Program-made: the position numbers and the translations under genes
Assembly (NCBI GenBank): GCA_965655095.1
Contig: OZ296649.1
Coordinates: forward strand, 129,022,001 to 129,086,000
DNA from: Haplodiscus bocki
Taxonomy: Eukaryota
Direction: 5' to 3'
Length of the DNA: 64,000 bases
Notes under the pieces: generated by a model
The model's database searches: none
Told to the model about the DNA's origin: nothing
The model's input: only the letters and a program-made list of their open reading frames with translations
Part shown: piece after piece, positions 11,327 to 25,140 of the stretch
Numbering within the stretch: position 1 is the first letter of the stretch
Layout: the number at the start of each line of letters is the position of its first letter

Positions 11327-13809
11327 AAGCTTTGGTTGTCGAAATAGTATGGTGGTAGCTGGAAATTGGGATTTTTTTTCGAGAAAAAAATTGAAGAAAG
11401 GTTTTGGAGCTAAAAAATGTTGCTTAGATACTCTTAGTTTTAGGCCCAGTCTTTTGATGTTTCTTATAAGGAACCTTTTGCCGTTTTCAATCGTTGTCAC
11501 GTGTTATTTCTATACGTGGAGTCCCTTTCCTTTTTTGGTCAAGGTCACATTATAAATCCATATATGGAACTTTATTCGTTTGCTGGTAGGCTTCAAATCC
11601 TTGTTTTTTTGTGTTTTTCAGGTTCATATGTTCGGAAATCGATTCAACAATTAGATGGCAACTGTAATTATGCAAATGTTTTCCAGCTTTCATGCAAATT
11701 GTTCAAAAAACGGACTTTTCATTTCTGCAAGCACTTATGAAAAATACATTGAAGACTGCTCTATTGTCTACCACGACGTCAAGATGTGCTTACTACCTTT
11801 TTGTAGGTATCACATTAAACTGTTAGGCGAAATTAAAGAGTTGAAATGAATATTGGACTCATTCTTCTTGATTACCATCACGTGGACAGCCTACATAAAA
11901 TTTTCAAGTGTCGGTCCAAAAACAAAATTTTGCTCAGTGTGTAAAAGTGTTTCACACTATTCAGGGAGCAATCGATTTCAATCAAAAAACAAAGAAGTGA
12001 ACAGAATGCCCAGTAAGGCGGAAAAATGACTCCTGGGACAAAAGTTGAGAAGTAATTTATTCAGCTCTTTCAAAGAGGGAAACTCATCGCAGACCAGTAC
12101 ATCAGTCTCTGCAGAAACAATCAAACAAGTTAAACAACTTAAAGTTGATTTAGAAGTGATATAAACGGCCGATTGTTTTCTAGGTATTCTCGGTCATTTG
12201 AGTAGTATTTTGGTGAAATTTGAAAAAACTCTCCAAAAACTAACCTTTTTTTAAACACCAAATAGTGCAATTATTGTCAATTGGAAGTGCAATGGAAAAA
12301 ACCCCTACAGCTGTCATCAGTCCCAAAACAATAAAGAAACAAACAAAAAAGCAGATTCCACTGATTAGTAGAGAAACAACGCTTGAATACCCCTTACACT
12401 CTCGTCCCAAACCAGACTATTTTGAAAGGGCCTGAAAATAGGTAAGTGTCGCGCGTTGAATTAATATTTTTTACGAGGCGTGAAAATTCGAATCAAACTT
12501 TTTACACGGTGTCAAATTTTGACCTACGTTTTTCGCAAGTTGTTAGATTTCGAAAAAGGAGTTTCACGTTTCAGTTTCCGACAAAAAGTTTTCTTCCGGA
12601 AATTCTCGTTTAGTTTTGTTTTCCTTCATATAAACGAAATTTTTTGGGGTTTTTTTACATTTTTGGAAGTTTGAATTTGAACTAAAAAAGTTACAACGCA
12701 TCAGAGTTCAAAAATATTTGAAAATCGCGTCAAATTTTAATTTCTAAACTAGTTGTGCCACATGTGTTTTTCAGAACCTTTTTCACCACGTCATGATGAG
12801 CCAACACAAATTACACATTCTCGGTCAACTACATAAAAGAACTTGCCGTTCTAACAATAGCTCTTGTACTCATTTTTGAGAGGAGCTTCACTTTTTATCT
12901 TACCGTGGTTACCCAACTTTCTCTCTTTCTCATTTTGATTTATGAAGAAATTAACTGCACCTGCTAAAACTAATGACTGTGAAAGTAGAAATGTTTTTGT
13001 CTCAGTTTTGTCTGACTAGATTTCAAAAAGATCATAGGGACTTCAAACACGTTGAATACAGTTCCTACAGAAATGCATACACAGTGAAAATTATTGGAAC
13101 AAGTTTCGGTAAAAAAACTGGGGAAACTTTTGTTTCTTGTTCCGTTGTTGCAGGTTAAGGTTGTCTAAAATGAAATAAAAGTCAAAAGTCTAGCTCTTTT
13201 CTTCCCCAATGGAAACTCAATAGGTTTTTGCCGTAATTGCAACCGTTTTGTTTTTTTTACGTTCAATTTCGCTTGTAACTGATTGCGATTTTTGGAAGTG
13301 CGAATGTTGGAAAGGAGATAGTTTGGCTTTTTCGAAATCACGAGTCGTCTTTTTGGTGAAACGGTGTGTACCATCTCAACCAGTTAAAACCATTGTGGAC
13401 CTTTGTTCCCTAATTGGAAATTGAACCACGTGACAACTGCCCAGCATTTTTTCAGCCATGGAGCCTCGAAGTTTTTTTGACTGAATTATGGATACATTTT
13501 TTCTGCGAACGTTTTGAAAGAAAGCATCTTCAATAAAAACTTGCACTATTTTTTGCTTCTCTCCAAATAAAAAACTCCTGAGTTACCCATCAGGAACGAC
13601 GAAGTTGATTCTTCTACAAAGGGATTATTGTTGACCTGACACATGGACAAGCCTTGAAGACAGTGATAGTAACTAATTCCGAGAGTGTGAGAAGACTTTT
13701 TGTACACGCAAAGAAAACGTTTTAATTGGACAGTATACGTTCCCTTTAAATATAATGTTGCTATCGTCAATCAAAAATTAGGGGTTGAATTTGTTAATCA
13801 GGGTAATTG

Positions 13810-14430
13810 CTTTCAAAAGTATCACTTTTGTTTGCAACGTAATATCGGTCTTTGTAGAGGTGATGAGTTTCACGATGATTAAAGATGACTATTTCTGTAA
13901 TTATTAACTGAATATCCTGTAGTTCAAACGTATCCCTGGAAAAGACGCAATGTTTGTTTTTTTTTCAAATCGGAACGTTAAACGTGTTTGTCTATTTGGA
14001 TGTTCGATGATATCTTTAGAGCAGTGGGCAAAAATATTGACTGTGATTTTGTGTATCAAATCTCATTTATGAATTTTGTTGATGGAATCTGTGAACATAT
14101 GCTGGCTTGATTAAAGGTTTTGAGAAATTTGAGCAAAGTGTTCACTAACGAGCCAAGCACTTTTTGCAAAACTTCATTTTTTCTCGGAGGATGTAACGAT
14201 GCTGTGTCTCGGGATCGCAAAATTGAAAACACTTGTTTGCAACTAATTTCCTGTTGGAGGCTTGCTAACTCGTGCTTTTCGATTTAGGGGCGGGAAATGT
14301 CAAAAAAGTTGTAATAAAACTGGATACCTACGTCCGTTTCGTCCCAGAGTTCTTGTGGTGTTTCTATGTAACATGAATACAGTCTGCGCAAATTAGAAAT
14401 TGGCTTTTTGACAGGCATCAACCGTTTCAT
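13810..14430 (-). pseudogene. Maverick accessory ORF relic (possibly PC4-like)
   Basis: Starts MKRLMPVKKPISNLRRLY...DVGIQFY and ends CVFSRDTFELQDIQLIITEIVIFNHRETHHLYKDRYY. Confidence 0.35.
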
Positions 14431-15116
14431 TGCGGTGATTTTTGCAAAACGCTTCTATTGATGGTGTAGGTGTGAACACGACACTAAAAGGTTAGTGATT
14501 TCAATTTTCAGTAATGGCAACACTGGCAACGTTTTCATTTTAACCAATCCGATTTGAAGATTTCTCCGGAGATAACCAAATATGAAACTGTGGGTTAGTG
14601 GTTGAAAGCTTCAGATTGCGGGATATATATGCTAAGGAAAACAGTCACGCATGTTTTTGATCCAAAGCTTTTCACCTCCACAGTAGAATAGCTGTGCAAA
14701 ATTTGGATTGTGTTACCAGATAGTTTTCATAGACAACCAATCTCTTCACCAGGGGAACTCGTTCCCTTTGATTCATTTTCTCAGACACCCTGTCTCCCAC
14801 ACAAGAGTATAAAATAATCCTTTTGATTATTGTTGCAAGACAGTCTGTCACCACTTTGGGGATTTTGTTCCACTTGAAATGTTTTCACAGGCAAGTTCTT
14901 TCACTCGCTCAATTAAAATTTCAAAGTTTTACAGTCGGTTGTTAAAATGAAAGAAAGCGATTGGCAGCTCTTTTTATGGTTTTTCCATGTTTGGAATGAA
15001 GTATTGAGTAGCACTTGCTACATTTTTTTCCCTGCTTTTTGGAATGCTACAGGCACATTACTACAGTGCTTACATTCATTTCAGTTTAATATCATAGGTT
15101 GTTTTATTTTGCTGAA

Positions 15117-17963
15117 ATATCTGGTCTTAACTGCAACGGAAAAGTTAGTAGTGAAAACTGTGGAACGCAGCCGAGACAAAAGAACAATGTACTAAACAAT
15201 GAGATATGTTCCTTTGGAACACTCAATGCGCGCATTGTCACAACTTTCAATCAACTTCCAAGCCAAACATGATTTGCCACATAGCCAGGAAACTTCAAGG
15301 AGCGCCATCAAGAAACAATTAGAAGTGTAAATTTTGCTTGTAGCAATCCTCTGGTTTAAATACGTCACGAAAACAAAGAAGTAGTCAACTTGAAATTGTG
15401 ATAAAGACATCATTTTTTAATATGGCTTCTCTCTCAGTAGATATAGATAATAGAGAACTAAAAGAAAAACCTTATTCTTGCAATCGTTTCAGAATTGACT
15501 CTGAGTTCGAAAAAGTTAGACACAGTGAAATTACTTCCAACATTTCTTATATCACAAGCTCGTTTTAAAACCCAAAACAAGATCATACGTTCAGGCAACT
15601 CCAGTATGCAGCCAATGTCAACCTTGCATCCTGATTTGTTTAAAGAGACCTTGAAGATAGAACGTGTAGATAATTCTATGCGCACGAAAACAAAACGCCT
15701 ATGGAGAGCCTAAACTTGTCTGTACACAAGATGATGTGGCAAATTGAAAAAAATGTAGAAAGTTATTATTGTTAATCATTGCACCATAGATAGGGCAAAC
15801 ACTGATTGGAAAGATTTCAAACTTCCATATTTTGCAACTTTTCCTGTGCTACTGAAAGTTATATCCGTGGGTTGTAAAGATGTTGTAAAACCTGAACCCC
15901 TTTTGAAAACCGAAAATGTGAATTGTCTCACGCTCGAGAAAACAGGCGACAACCCTACTTTCACAACCTCTGTTGGTTTAGAGCACTTGCTCTGCATTTG
16001 CATGATAACGACATTTTCGAAGAAAAGACTTGAAAAGGTTTCTATTTCTATCTAAATAACTGCGACGAAGGAGATCCCTCAAAACTTCATGATCTTCACA
16101 TGAAAGATTTTGCAAAAGCTGAACTTCTATTGCAGCTCAATAATTTTTTTCTATGACATTGGTTTCGTTTATGGGTAACTCATTGGTGAGCTTGGTTGTG
16201 AAAAAATTCAAGAATTCGACCAAAGTGTCAAACTTTAACATTTTAACAGGCACATTTGCCACATCAGTGACATCAGAGCAATGTTTATATTTTTTTGATG
16301 CAGTACTTGCAACAAATTCTTTTCAAAGACTGGTTTTCTAGAACGACATATAGTTAACTGCAGTGAACGCATCCAATTTTTTTTTACCCAAAGAGCATTA
16401 TTGAGCTAAGAGAGGCAGTCTTTAAATACTCAGATTCATTCAACTTATCATACATAATTGAGTAAAAACTGTTCAACAAACTGGCAATAATTTGTTTCGA
16501 GTCGCTTGGTAATAAAGAAGACTCATACAACAAGACAGAGAATAAATTGTGATTGGGAAGCAAGTGCCGTTATCAACTTCTATATCGTCAAATTTGATTC
16601 AAGAGAATTTTTTCTTTTGTAATATCAATCCGGGTGCTCTCGTATTATCCTCTGTTACTGCTCTGGATGGTTTAGCTACCCAAAGCAAAACTCAATTGAA
16701 ATTGAAACTTATTGAATTTGAGACAACAGTCAAGAAAAAACTGTGTAGTATACTGGAAAAACTGCATCAAGGCACAACCGAGCAGAGATAGCAATCGATT
16801 TTGTAGACGATTGTATCGTTGACCATGAGGAGCAGGATCGATCCACCCAGTCCGTTCGAATGGAAAAAAATCAGTGTTTTGATTTAATGGAACTTTCTGA
16901 AATCAAGTTTTTGAAATTCTGACTGTAATGTGTTGCCAGCCTTTGGATTCAACAGCGAAAAATATGATAATTATCTAATCTTGTTCTACGTAGTAGCGAG
17001 TCCTATAAATGAGCGAAACATTGAACCGACAGTTATAAAGAAGGCTAATCAACTTGTTCTCTTTAGTTGCGGCCACCTACAGTTGTTTGATATTATCAAT
17101 TTCTCCGGTGGTGCCACAAGTCTTGACTCGTTTCTCGAAACGTGCAAGACTAATGAGACAAGAGGGTTGTTCCCCTACGAAAAGTACTTGTAGAGTATCT
17201 CGCAAAGTGAGCATATACAATCTTTGGCAGATTTCCTCAAGTGTTTTAAGAAAAAAGACGTTGTTTCAAAAAGAGAAGCAAGGCAGAAAAAGGTTAAATT
17301 TTAGCACAACAAATTTATTGGTATGTTGACGCTTGGATGCACACTGCCCAATTTGGCTGACTTTCGATCACGAAATTGAAGAGAGTCAAGTTTCTATGCT
17401 TTCATCGGAACGGATAAAGTTTTGCTCAAGAATGTACGAGAAGAGATGGTTTGTCGACCACCCATAGTTTTTACCCGTGAAGCTGTTGTAGATGAAACGT
17501 TTTTACGGAATTCAACAAGTCTGTGAAAATCTAGAGTAAGTTTCGATGCTTGCTAGCTTCATACCTACTCCTTGCGTCAACCAATGCCTGCTAGTTTCTA
17601 TACGAGATGGGTGTACAACACCGAGACTAAAAAATTCACACTTTAGCGAAATAAATCTCGGTCCCTTGAGAATGTGGTTCTCTCATGTTTTTAACGAGCT
17701 CGATCAAGCTGTAGAATTGCGAGCAATGTTTTTTCGGATCGACAGAGGAAAAAAAGTTGTTCCATTGTTGATGGAGTTTGCAACCTTTTTCACAGTGGTT
17801 TTAGAGTAGAGCTATGGGTTGTTCTTATCACTACTGTTTTCGTCAAAATTTTCGCCCGTCTATAACGGATGCTAAAATTGAGAGGGAAGTGAAGAAGAGC
17901 CAACATGACGAGTTATTTAGGGTTTACATACAACAAAAAAGATACCAAACTCTTCAGTGGTGA
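15117..17963 (+). pseudogene. polB: Maverick protein-primed family B DNA polymerase, 3' truncated
   Basis: ExoI IICFESL (~16490), ExoII GFNSEKYD and GLFPYE (ORF 16930-17193), KKDVV, motif A DAC*LHTYSLRQPMP (~17545), and AMGCSYHYC nuclease-like insert (~17810). Motifs B and C are missing. Confidence 0.9.
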
Positions 17964-20900
17964 AAAGGAGGGATCTAGGTCCCTTTGTGGAACAATATGA
18001 ATATAGTGTCAAACTCGGTTTTTGCACAAAACCAAAATGTTGTCGACAGCCAATCAGAATCGAACACAAAAAGCCTAAAACTTCGTCTGCCAACCAAAAT
18101 TGAGTGTCAATACGACAACAACTCTCCGCGAGGGTGGAGTCTCCTTCTCGGCTACCGGCCTGGGTCGGCTCGTTATGGCTTATCCTAGAACATGGAGGGG
18201 CCCGGACGCCAATCGGTCAGCTCACACTCTTCCTACTTACGTCACTGTCCAGCAAACAGCGAAGAAGCACAAGCAGCAGTGAAAAGGTACACCATTGGAA
18301 GTTCTTTTATCAGAATGAATAATCTCTGTGAAAGAATGCCTCCCAATGACGAACCAGGCTCTCCTTTTAATGACCTCATTGTCACATCATAGCTTTCCCA
18401 CGCAGATATATTCAGCACGGTTACTACTATACTGGCCATGAAAGACGTGAAAAAAAGCCTTTTTCATGAGCGTTGAGTTCGGCCAGATTTGCAAAAGGAA
18501 AGATCCATTTCGACACCTGCATGCCCAGCGTGCCAGGATTTAGGCCACCACAATGACAATCAGCAGTTAGCCTTGAGAATACCTTTTATTGGACATGGTA
18601 AAGAAATATTGCAAAGTGACTGTCTTGAAAGTTGCAAGACCAAATCGCGACAAAGGGGACTCTTGTGAATATAGACCACTTCACTAGGTTTTCAAAGGCC
18701 TTAATGCAAAAGTAGATAAGAATTCTGCACAAGCAACAGTTTTGAAAACGGTTGCTTCGCTGATTCAATCGAAATAAAACTCCATCCTCTCTGCAATTTG
18801 ATGAAACAGCGCAGTTGACTGTTCATCTCACAAGAAAGTTTCGCATTGTTCCGTTTTTTATAGCTGATTTTGGCAGCTAATCATCTACAGACCCGAAACC
18901 TATTTGACCGACCATTCGGATTGTTTCTCTGTTTTCGTTGGTTGACTGTGGTCGGAGGATGAACGAGTGGGACCTATACCTGAAGATATTTTTGGAGCCT
19001 ACAACGGTAACCGTCACAAATCAACTGCCTTTCTCCCTTGCATATCAAAGAGAGTAGTAGAAAATTCCTTCCAGCATACTTTTGTGTATCATTAAATCGG
19101 GGACAAGGGCTTTGATTCTCAATAAAAGTCCGTACCAGATTGTTTCTAGAAACAACAGGACTTACACGATTTGGCCCGCAGAAATTTGTTTTAAATTGAA
19201 TTTCGGCGGAATTGGCAATCTTACAGAAACTTTATTTGGAGGTCTCAAACCGAGCAGGCAAGCGCATGATTTTGCTTTACGTTATCTCTAAAGGAGACAA
19301 AAGGAATCAACGTAATGCAAAAAAATCAACGATATAGCAATTCAAGAAGATAGGAAAAATAACTCCAAAACCCAGAATCATGTGTCACTGACCGAACTGA
19401 ATTGGAGTGGGACGATAGCCTTTAGGATGAGAAAATCACCTTCGTTCACTTCGCTGGTGGAAGGTGATGTTGTCGACTTGATTGATTCTGACATCGACTA
19501 GCAAGGAATTAGGGAAGCTGAGTTAAATGCAGACGCTTCTGGCTTTCTCCAGTTTGGGGGAAAACCACCGAGCAAGCAAACAAGCGAAGTGAAACGATGG
19601 ACCAAACCTTTTTTTCTCCTCAGATGTTTGTGATTCTTCAGACCATTCCGATGGAATCATTGACGGAGCACTCTTGACTGTTGACTTGAGGTGAGAAGAA
19701 AGCTTTGGATCCGATGCAAAGAAGTCAAACTCGAAAAGTTTTCCCGATTTCCGATTAGAACCGGAGGATCCCATTTTGTCCCAAAAGCGTAAATTTCATG
19801 TCGATGCTGAGACTTGGCGATTTGACTGCAGAACGTGACGACCGATTTCCTCCTTGGCCTGCACTCTTGCAACTTGAACTTCGCGATAAACCGCATCCTG
19901 GCAACAACGCCCAAAAAGTTTTCCCATCACTAACCTCCAAACTTAGTCGTTGCAATGATAACCTGTGAAAACACACGATACGACAAAAACCCGCACCCAT
20001 TCCTCTTAGTTTCAAATGGAACATCAGCTTGATAGATCTGTCAATTCTGAAGCCTACTAATGTGTCAGTCAGAGGAAACCACGCATCCACCATCCACAGG
20101 CGTTTGTTTTCTGGGTGTAACGATGATTCTTTTGATGGAGCCAAACACATGCTTTGCACAGGAGGGCTTTCGCAGCCTTTTCCCTGAATCCAGTACAGAT
20201 ATACTGTTCTTGTTGTCGCACTTTTTGCCAGCAAGAATATTGCATTTGCCGTCCCACACCAAGACTGTAGCGTTTTTTGGGAGAAGTCCACAAACTATCT
20301 GACCCGGATAGCGGGGCAATGGGCGCTGAGACAGCCAGAGTAAGAACAATCATGCTCGTGGGAATGACCCGAGAATTAGACAGGAGTCAAGAAAAGAGAA
20401 CATATTGAAACCAGTTCACTTTCTACCGTAATTAACACTCAGATCTGCGATCGATCCACGCTCTACTGCCAACCGAACAAAAGTAACGGGCTGACGAACT
20501 GGCTGTCGTGAATGTCAGAAAACGCTTGTATTTTTTGAGACCCCGAAAAGACATTTTGAACTTAAGTCACAGTGGGACCAAACTAGTGAATACTTTATGG
20601 TGATGAGCAGAAAAGGGACGCATACTACGAAAACTCTTGAATAGTTGGATCACTCGGAAAAACAGCCGTATTGCAATCACGTTTCTGGGTCCCTGTAAAA
20701 CCTGCAACAAACGAAATATTGGCGCAGCCAGCAGATCTGATGAATTGCTTGGAATCTGTTCTAATGAATATCCCACAAGTACAGAGCATCCGGAGAAACC
20801 TCTCTTGAACGTCCAGAAGTAAATTCTTTTTCCAACAATAGTGAACACCAGTAGATTTGCCCTGTCCAAATCCTATCAGGTAAAAATCAATGTTGCGCAA

Positions 20901-23900
20901 CTTTTTAAATACGACTTGACACCGCTGTCGGTGGAGCCTTGGAGCATATCTAATTGCTCAGTAAACTGGACATCGAGGGTCAGAACATCTGAATAGATAA
21001 AACACTTCTTTGCGCATCGGACTGACTGGCAATGGAGTTCAGGATCCTTCAATTTTGTTCGAAATCAGACCTCATGACCGCAAGAAAAATGCCGATGATT
21101 AGTAATTCACTTAGATACCGATACTTTTGCATATGAGAAAACTACATCAAAAGCTCCTCCTTGCCATTTGAGATTGCATTCCGGAAGGGTAAGGAATCAG
21201 AGACTTCAGAATAGTGAACAGCTTCAAGAACTTGCCTATTTCCTATTTCCGAGAAAGTCATCCATCTTGGACGTGAGGAAACAAGAAACTCCCACAAATA
21301 TTTCTCGCCGATGATGAACACAACCACTACCAAGATTGTACGTCACCGGCAAGTTCTATGGATCTTTTTACCGCACTTGCTTAAAACATTCATGGAAACC
21401 GGTTTCGAAGAAATTTGTTTTCCCGTCCAGGATTTTGATGCTGAGGAGAGAGAAATTGTGGTTGAGGAGCAAACACTGGCAGCAGGAGTCTAGCCAGTGT
21501 GTGAAAACACTTCTGTAGGGCCATCACGCCGCACGGAACCCTAACCTGTGAACTGCGACGCCGTGTCTGGTCATGGTCAATCTTTTTGCTCCACATCTAA
21601 AACTGGCATCACAGCCCTGACGCGTTTTGTTCTTTTACCTGAATGTATGAAAAGAGGACGCCTGTAGCACCCATCTGATCAATTAGAACAGTATAAAACC
21701 TGCAGAATGTTATCAGTGCATGATTGTATTCAAATGTAGTCCATTAAAAAGGAAAACGCAGTTGAGCGAGAAATTTTCCAAAACACCAAGTAACGGTGAC
21801 GATAAAAACCTGCAACCACCGAGTTCTTAAGGTTGCTTAAGTAGTTTGGGTTCCATTTGTGAACAGTCCTTCTGGATGTTGATGTAGCCATCCATATTTT
21901 AAAGCCCCAGTAGCACTGGCTGATCTGACGTAGAGATGCCTGACTGAAGATGGTGGTCCTCGCGGCAGATGAATCAACCAGCTCAACTGCAGCAAGGGAA
22001 ACAAAGTTGAGCCTCTTGTCGTAAAAAAAGGCTAATACGAAAAAAGTTGTTCTCAGGACATCCCAATTTGAAAACATAGCTTTGACAGTCAAAAATAGTC
22101 CTCCACAGGGAATTGGAAACAAGAGCAAACCACGAGGAGCAGGAGTTTCAAGATACTGAATTGCCAACAGAACTCTAAATTCTCACCACCTGTGCTGTCT
22201 TCATATAGCTGGACAAAGAACAATCAAATTGTACTATCCCACTGATGACTGCCTTTTACCAATGAAGGAAGAAACAGAACTTCCGAGCATGTGGATCACA
22301 GATAGCTGGTGAATTATCTGAAGTCCACTAGAGAACTTTTGACAATTATAGATGCCTCCGCCTGAAAATCAGAGTTGAGTAAACATTCCGACAGCCCTGC
22401 CATCTCCATCAGCCCAACACACAAGTACAACCGTAAACGTAACGCCGCAAGACAATGTCTCTTCCTTTTCGGAACATGTTCTACAGGAAATAGACGATTT
22501 GGGGAAAACGAATCTTTAAAAAAGAAGCATAATCCAAAACTCCCAAAACTGACTGAAGAACAAGACGTAAGTGTTAGAGACGTCAGAGCATATGATTCAA
22601 ACATCGATGTTCAGAAACAGACGGCATGCTGAAATAATATCAGTTCCAGTCAAGGATTGAGCTTTGACGCCATAGTTTACAGGGAAACTTGAATTGAAAA
22701 TCGCCCCATTCAAGGTGAATGCGGAAGCTTAGCTTTCGTTTTGGCCGGCATTTTTTGGAAGCTACTGACTTCAGCTCAGAAAAACAACATTTGAACTTTA
22801 TTGCACGTCTACTTAAAACAAAGCACAAAGTATTATATGGTTGAGTCCCCACAAAGAAGTTCTTTTGCTGGTAAGCGGTAGATATTCACGCTAAGTGAAG
22901 AAAAGTGAAAAATTCCAACGTCACTTTTGAAAATTTTAAAAAAATTGAGAAAATTTTGTGATATCATTTACTTTAGTGTCAACGTTGGAACACCGCCACG
23001 TTGGAACACTGTCACGGTGACAAGAAAAATGCAGGATGCATTTGTTTCCAATACAGAAGAAAAACTTTTTGCATTTGCGATTTATGGTCTTACAATTAAT
23101 TGAAAACACTGAAGTTGGTGAAAAACGCAGAGTAGCATCTATTTTGTGATAACCCCAAAACACCGGCCTCCCACAGCAACAACTAAACCTCTCAAGAAAG
23201 ACCTCTGTTTCATTGTACATTTCGATTGCAAGATAGTTCAATCGGGCTAGCCATTCTCGTGCTGTTTTCAACTTGTAAACTCGTTTTGAAGTGGTTAACC
23301 GTTAGCCAAATTTTGTTTGAACTAAACGCTCTGCAGCGAAAAAAATATCGCGAGCGAAAATTTTGAACTAACTTATACTGTTTTATATTCCATCTAAAGA
23401 AGCTCCCAAGGTTCATTTAAATGATATTGTCTTTGAAATTTGGTAGAATCAAAAAGGCTCCAGAAGAAAACTAGGTTATGGATATTCTGTGATACTCCCA
23501 TATTTTGAGCACAAGATATCAAGATTTAACGACCAGTGTAAATGCATGACTTAAACTGAGCTATTATAGGATTGTACATAAAGTAGAGCACGCCATTTAT
23601 CTCACGATTATCATTTATAATTGATTTGATTTGGTAAAAGTCACTGGATAGTTTATTGACTCTTAACTTCGACGTTAAAAAGGTTCTGAACTTTTTTCAC
23701 AATCCCAAAGCCCCCGTAAATATCTTAAGATAAATTCAATTTCCGCTTGTATCCGGTATTTCAGTAAATGTTGTTGATCTTCAAACTTGAAAATTCGGCC
23801 AGATGTCAAGAAAAAAAACGTCGCTTCCGCTCGAAACATATAAAATTCAATGTACAACCCGAGAGATACAGGAGAAGAAAACTAAATCTCAGTGAATTGA

Positions 23901-25140
23901 ATGAAGCAGCTTAAAAAGCGTGCTGAATTAACCGATCGTAAAATTTCCAAATATCTAGTACTTGGGAACCGGCGCAAATGATGGCAATGCAGGTCACTGC
24001 CACCTCCCAAAACTAGACGAGCGAGGAAAAACACTATGCTGGTAGACGACCAGGGCAATCAGAATGAAGTGAAACCCAACAAACCTGAAATAAGGAAATC
24101 AGTGCGCTTCACGCTTTATGAGCGGTTGTTTTGGTGGCAAGCGCAAGGCTATAGACAGACGAGGTTGAAAGTTGCCAAGTATTGATAATCACCTTGTTCA
24201 CCTTCTAACGGGACCAAAATCATCCATGCTTTTAAGAAGATTTCCTTCGTGCTTCGATTGCATGGCTGGAAAAAGGACGTATGACTGACTCAATCATCAA
24301 GTTGTTGTTCGTTGGCCCCACTGGACGAAACTCCCGGCCTCCAGTAGTCACCGTAGGTTTACTGGGATCGTCTGGCCGGTAGAGGAGAAATCAGAAGTTC
24401 TGAAACTGGCACACATATGCTTGACCCCGGATGTGGAAGATGTGACAAGAGACCTATCCATTTAGTGTTTCCAACTGGGGCATCGTTGGTGTCAGACTTG
24501 AACCGAGAGTACGAAGGTTATCTCTTTTTCAAGATTAAAACATGGCCGAGTTAAAACATGGAGACGCAAATGGTTTAATGTTCTTTTTATGAACACCGAT
24601 GCGTAGGTTCGTCGCAGCACCAGCAAAACTGCGCAATAAGAGGCAGCTACAGAAATTTAGCCTGAAACCGTATTAGTGTGAGCTTTCGTCCTCCGTACAG
24701 TACAAAGATTTTTGTGTCCGTGGAAATAGTGGCTCAACAATAGTTTCCAGCCACCTTCACAACAATTCAGACAACTCCTACCGTGTGAGTGGAAAGTAAG
24801 ACCTCATGAATGCTATGTACTCAAAAAATGGAGAGAAAATGGCCGAATGCATGGGAAAAATTGTAGTTTTTTCCACGACAGTCACAGTTCATCGATATGT
24901 CTTGGTGCAACTACTGGCGAAATTTGTCCCTTCCATTACGAAACGTTTTTACGAGGCTGAAGCAAAGTTACAAAAGACTTTCAACTCGGATGAACATACA
25001 CAAAACTACGAGAAAAAAGAGCATTTTGACTGAGATCTGAAAGAACAGTTGATTACAACTCATATGAGGTGCGGGCCGCAGAATCTGATGTTTTTACCAA
25101 TAGCTGGACATCAGGCTTCCTCTAACTTCCTTTCACCGTT
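17964..25140 (+). mobile_element. Highly degenerate Ty3/Gypsy LTR retrotransposon body
   Basis: Domains in order: gag with knuckle relic CQICKRK (~18480), protease relic CIIKSGTRAL (19082), RT relic FEIRPHDRKK (~21060), RNase H relic (~21650-22000), integrase relic LPKTRRARKNTMLVDD (~24000). No LTR pair was recognised and it is probably composite. Confidence 0.55.

Larger units (their letters stand above)
3746..17963. mobile_element. Degenerate Maverick/Polinton (endogenous polintovirus), right end truncated
   Basis: Colinear relics of protease, MCP, penton, rve integrase, A32-like ATPase and pPolB, which is the diagnostic Maverick gene set. It begins with AGTAGTAG, as Maverick termini typically do. 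All genes carry stops or frameshifts. Confidence 0.9.

Noticed and set aside
19755-20291. Longest ORF in the window (178 aa, minus)
   Set aside because: It is antisense to the decayed Gypsy pol region and has no motif.
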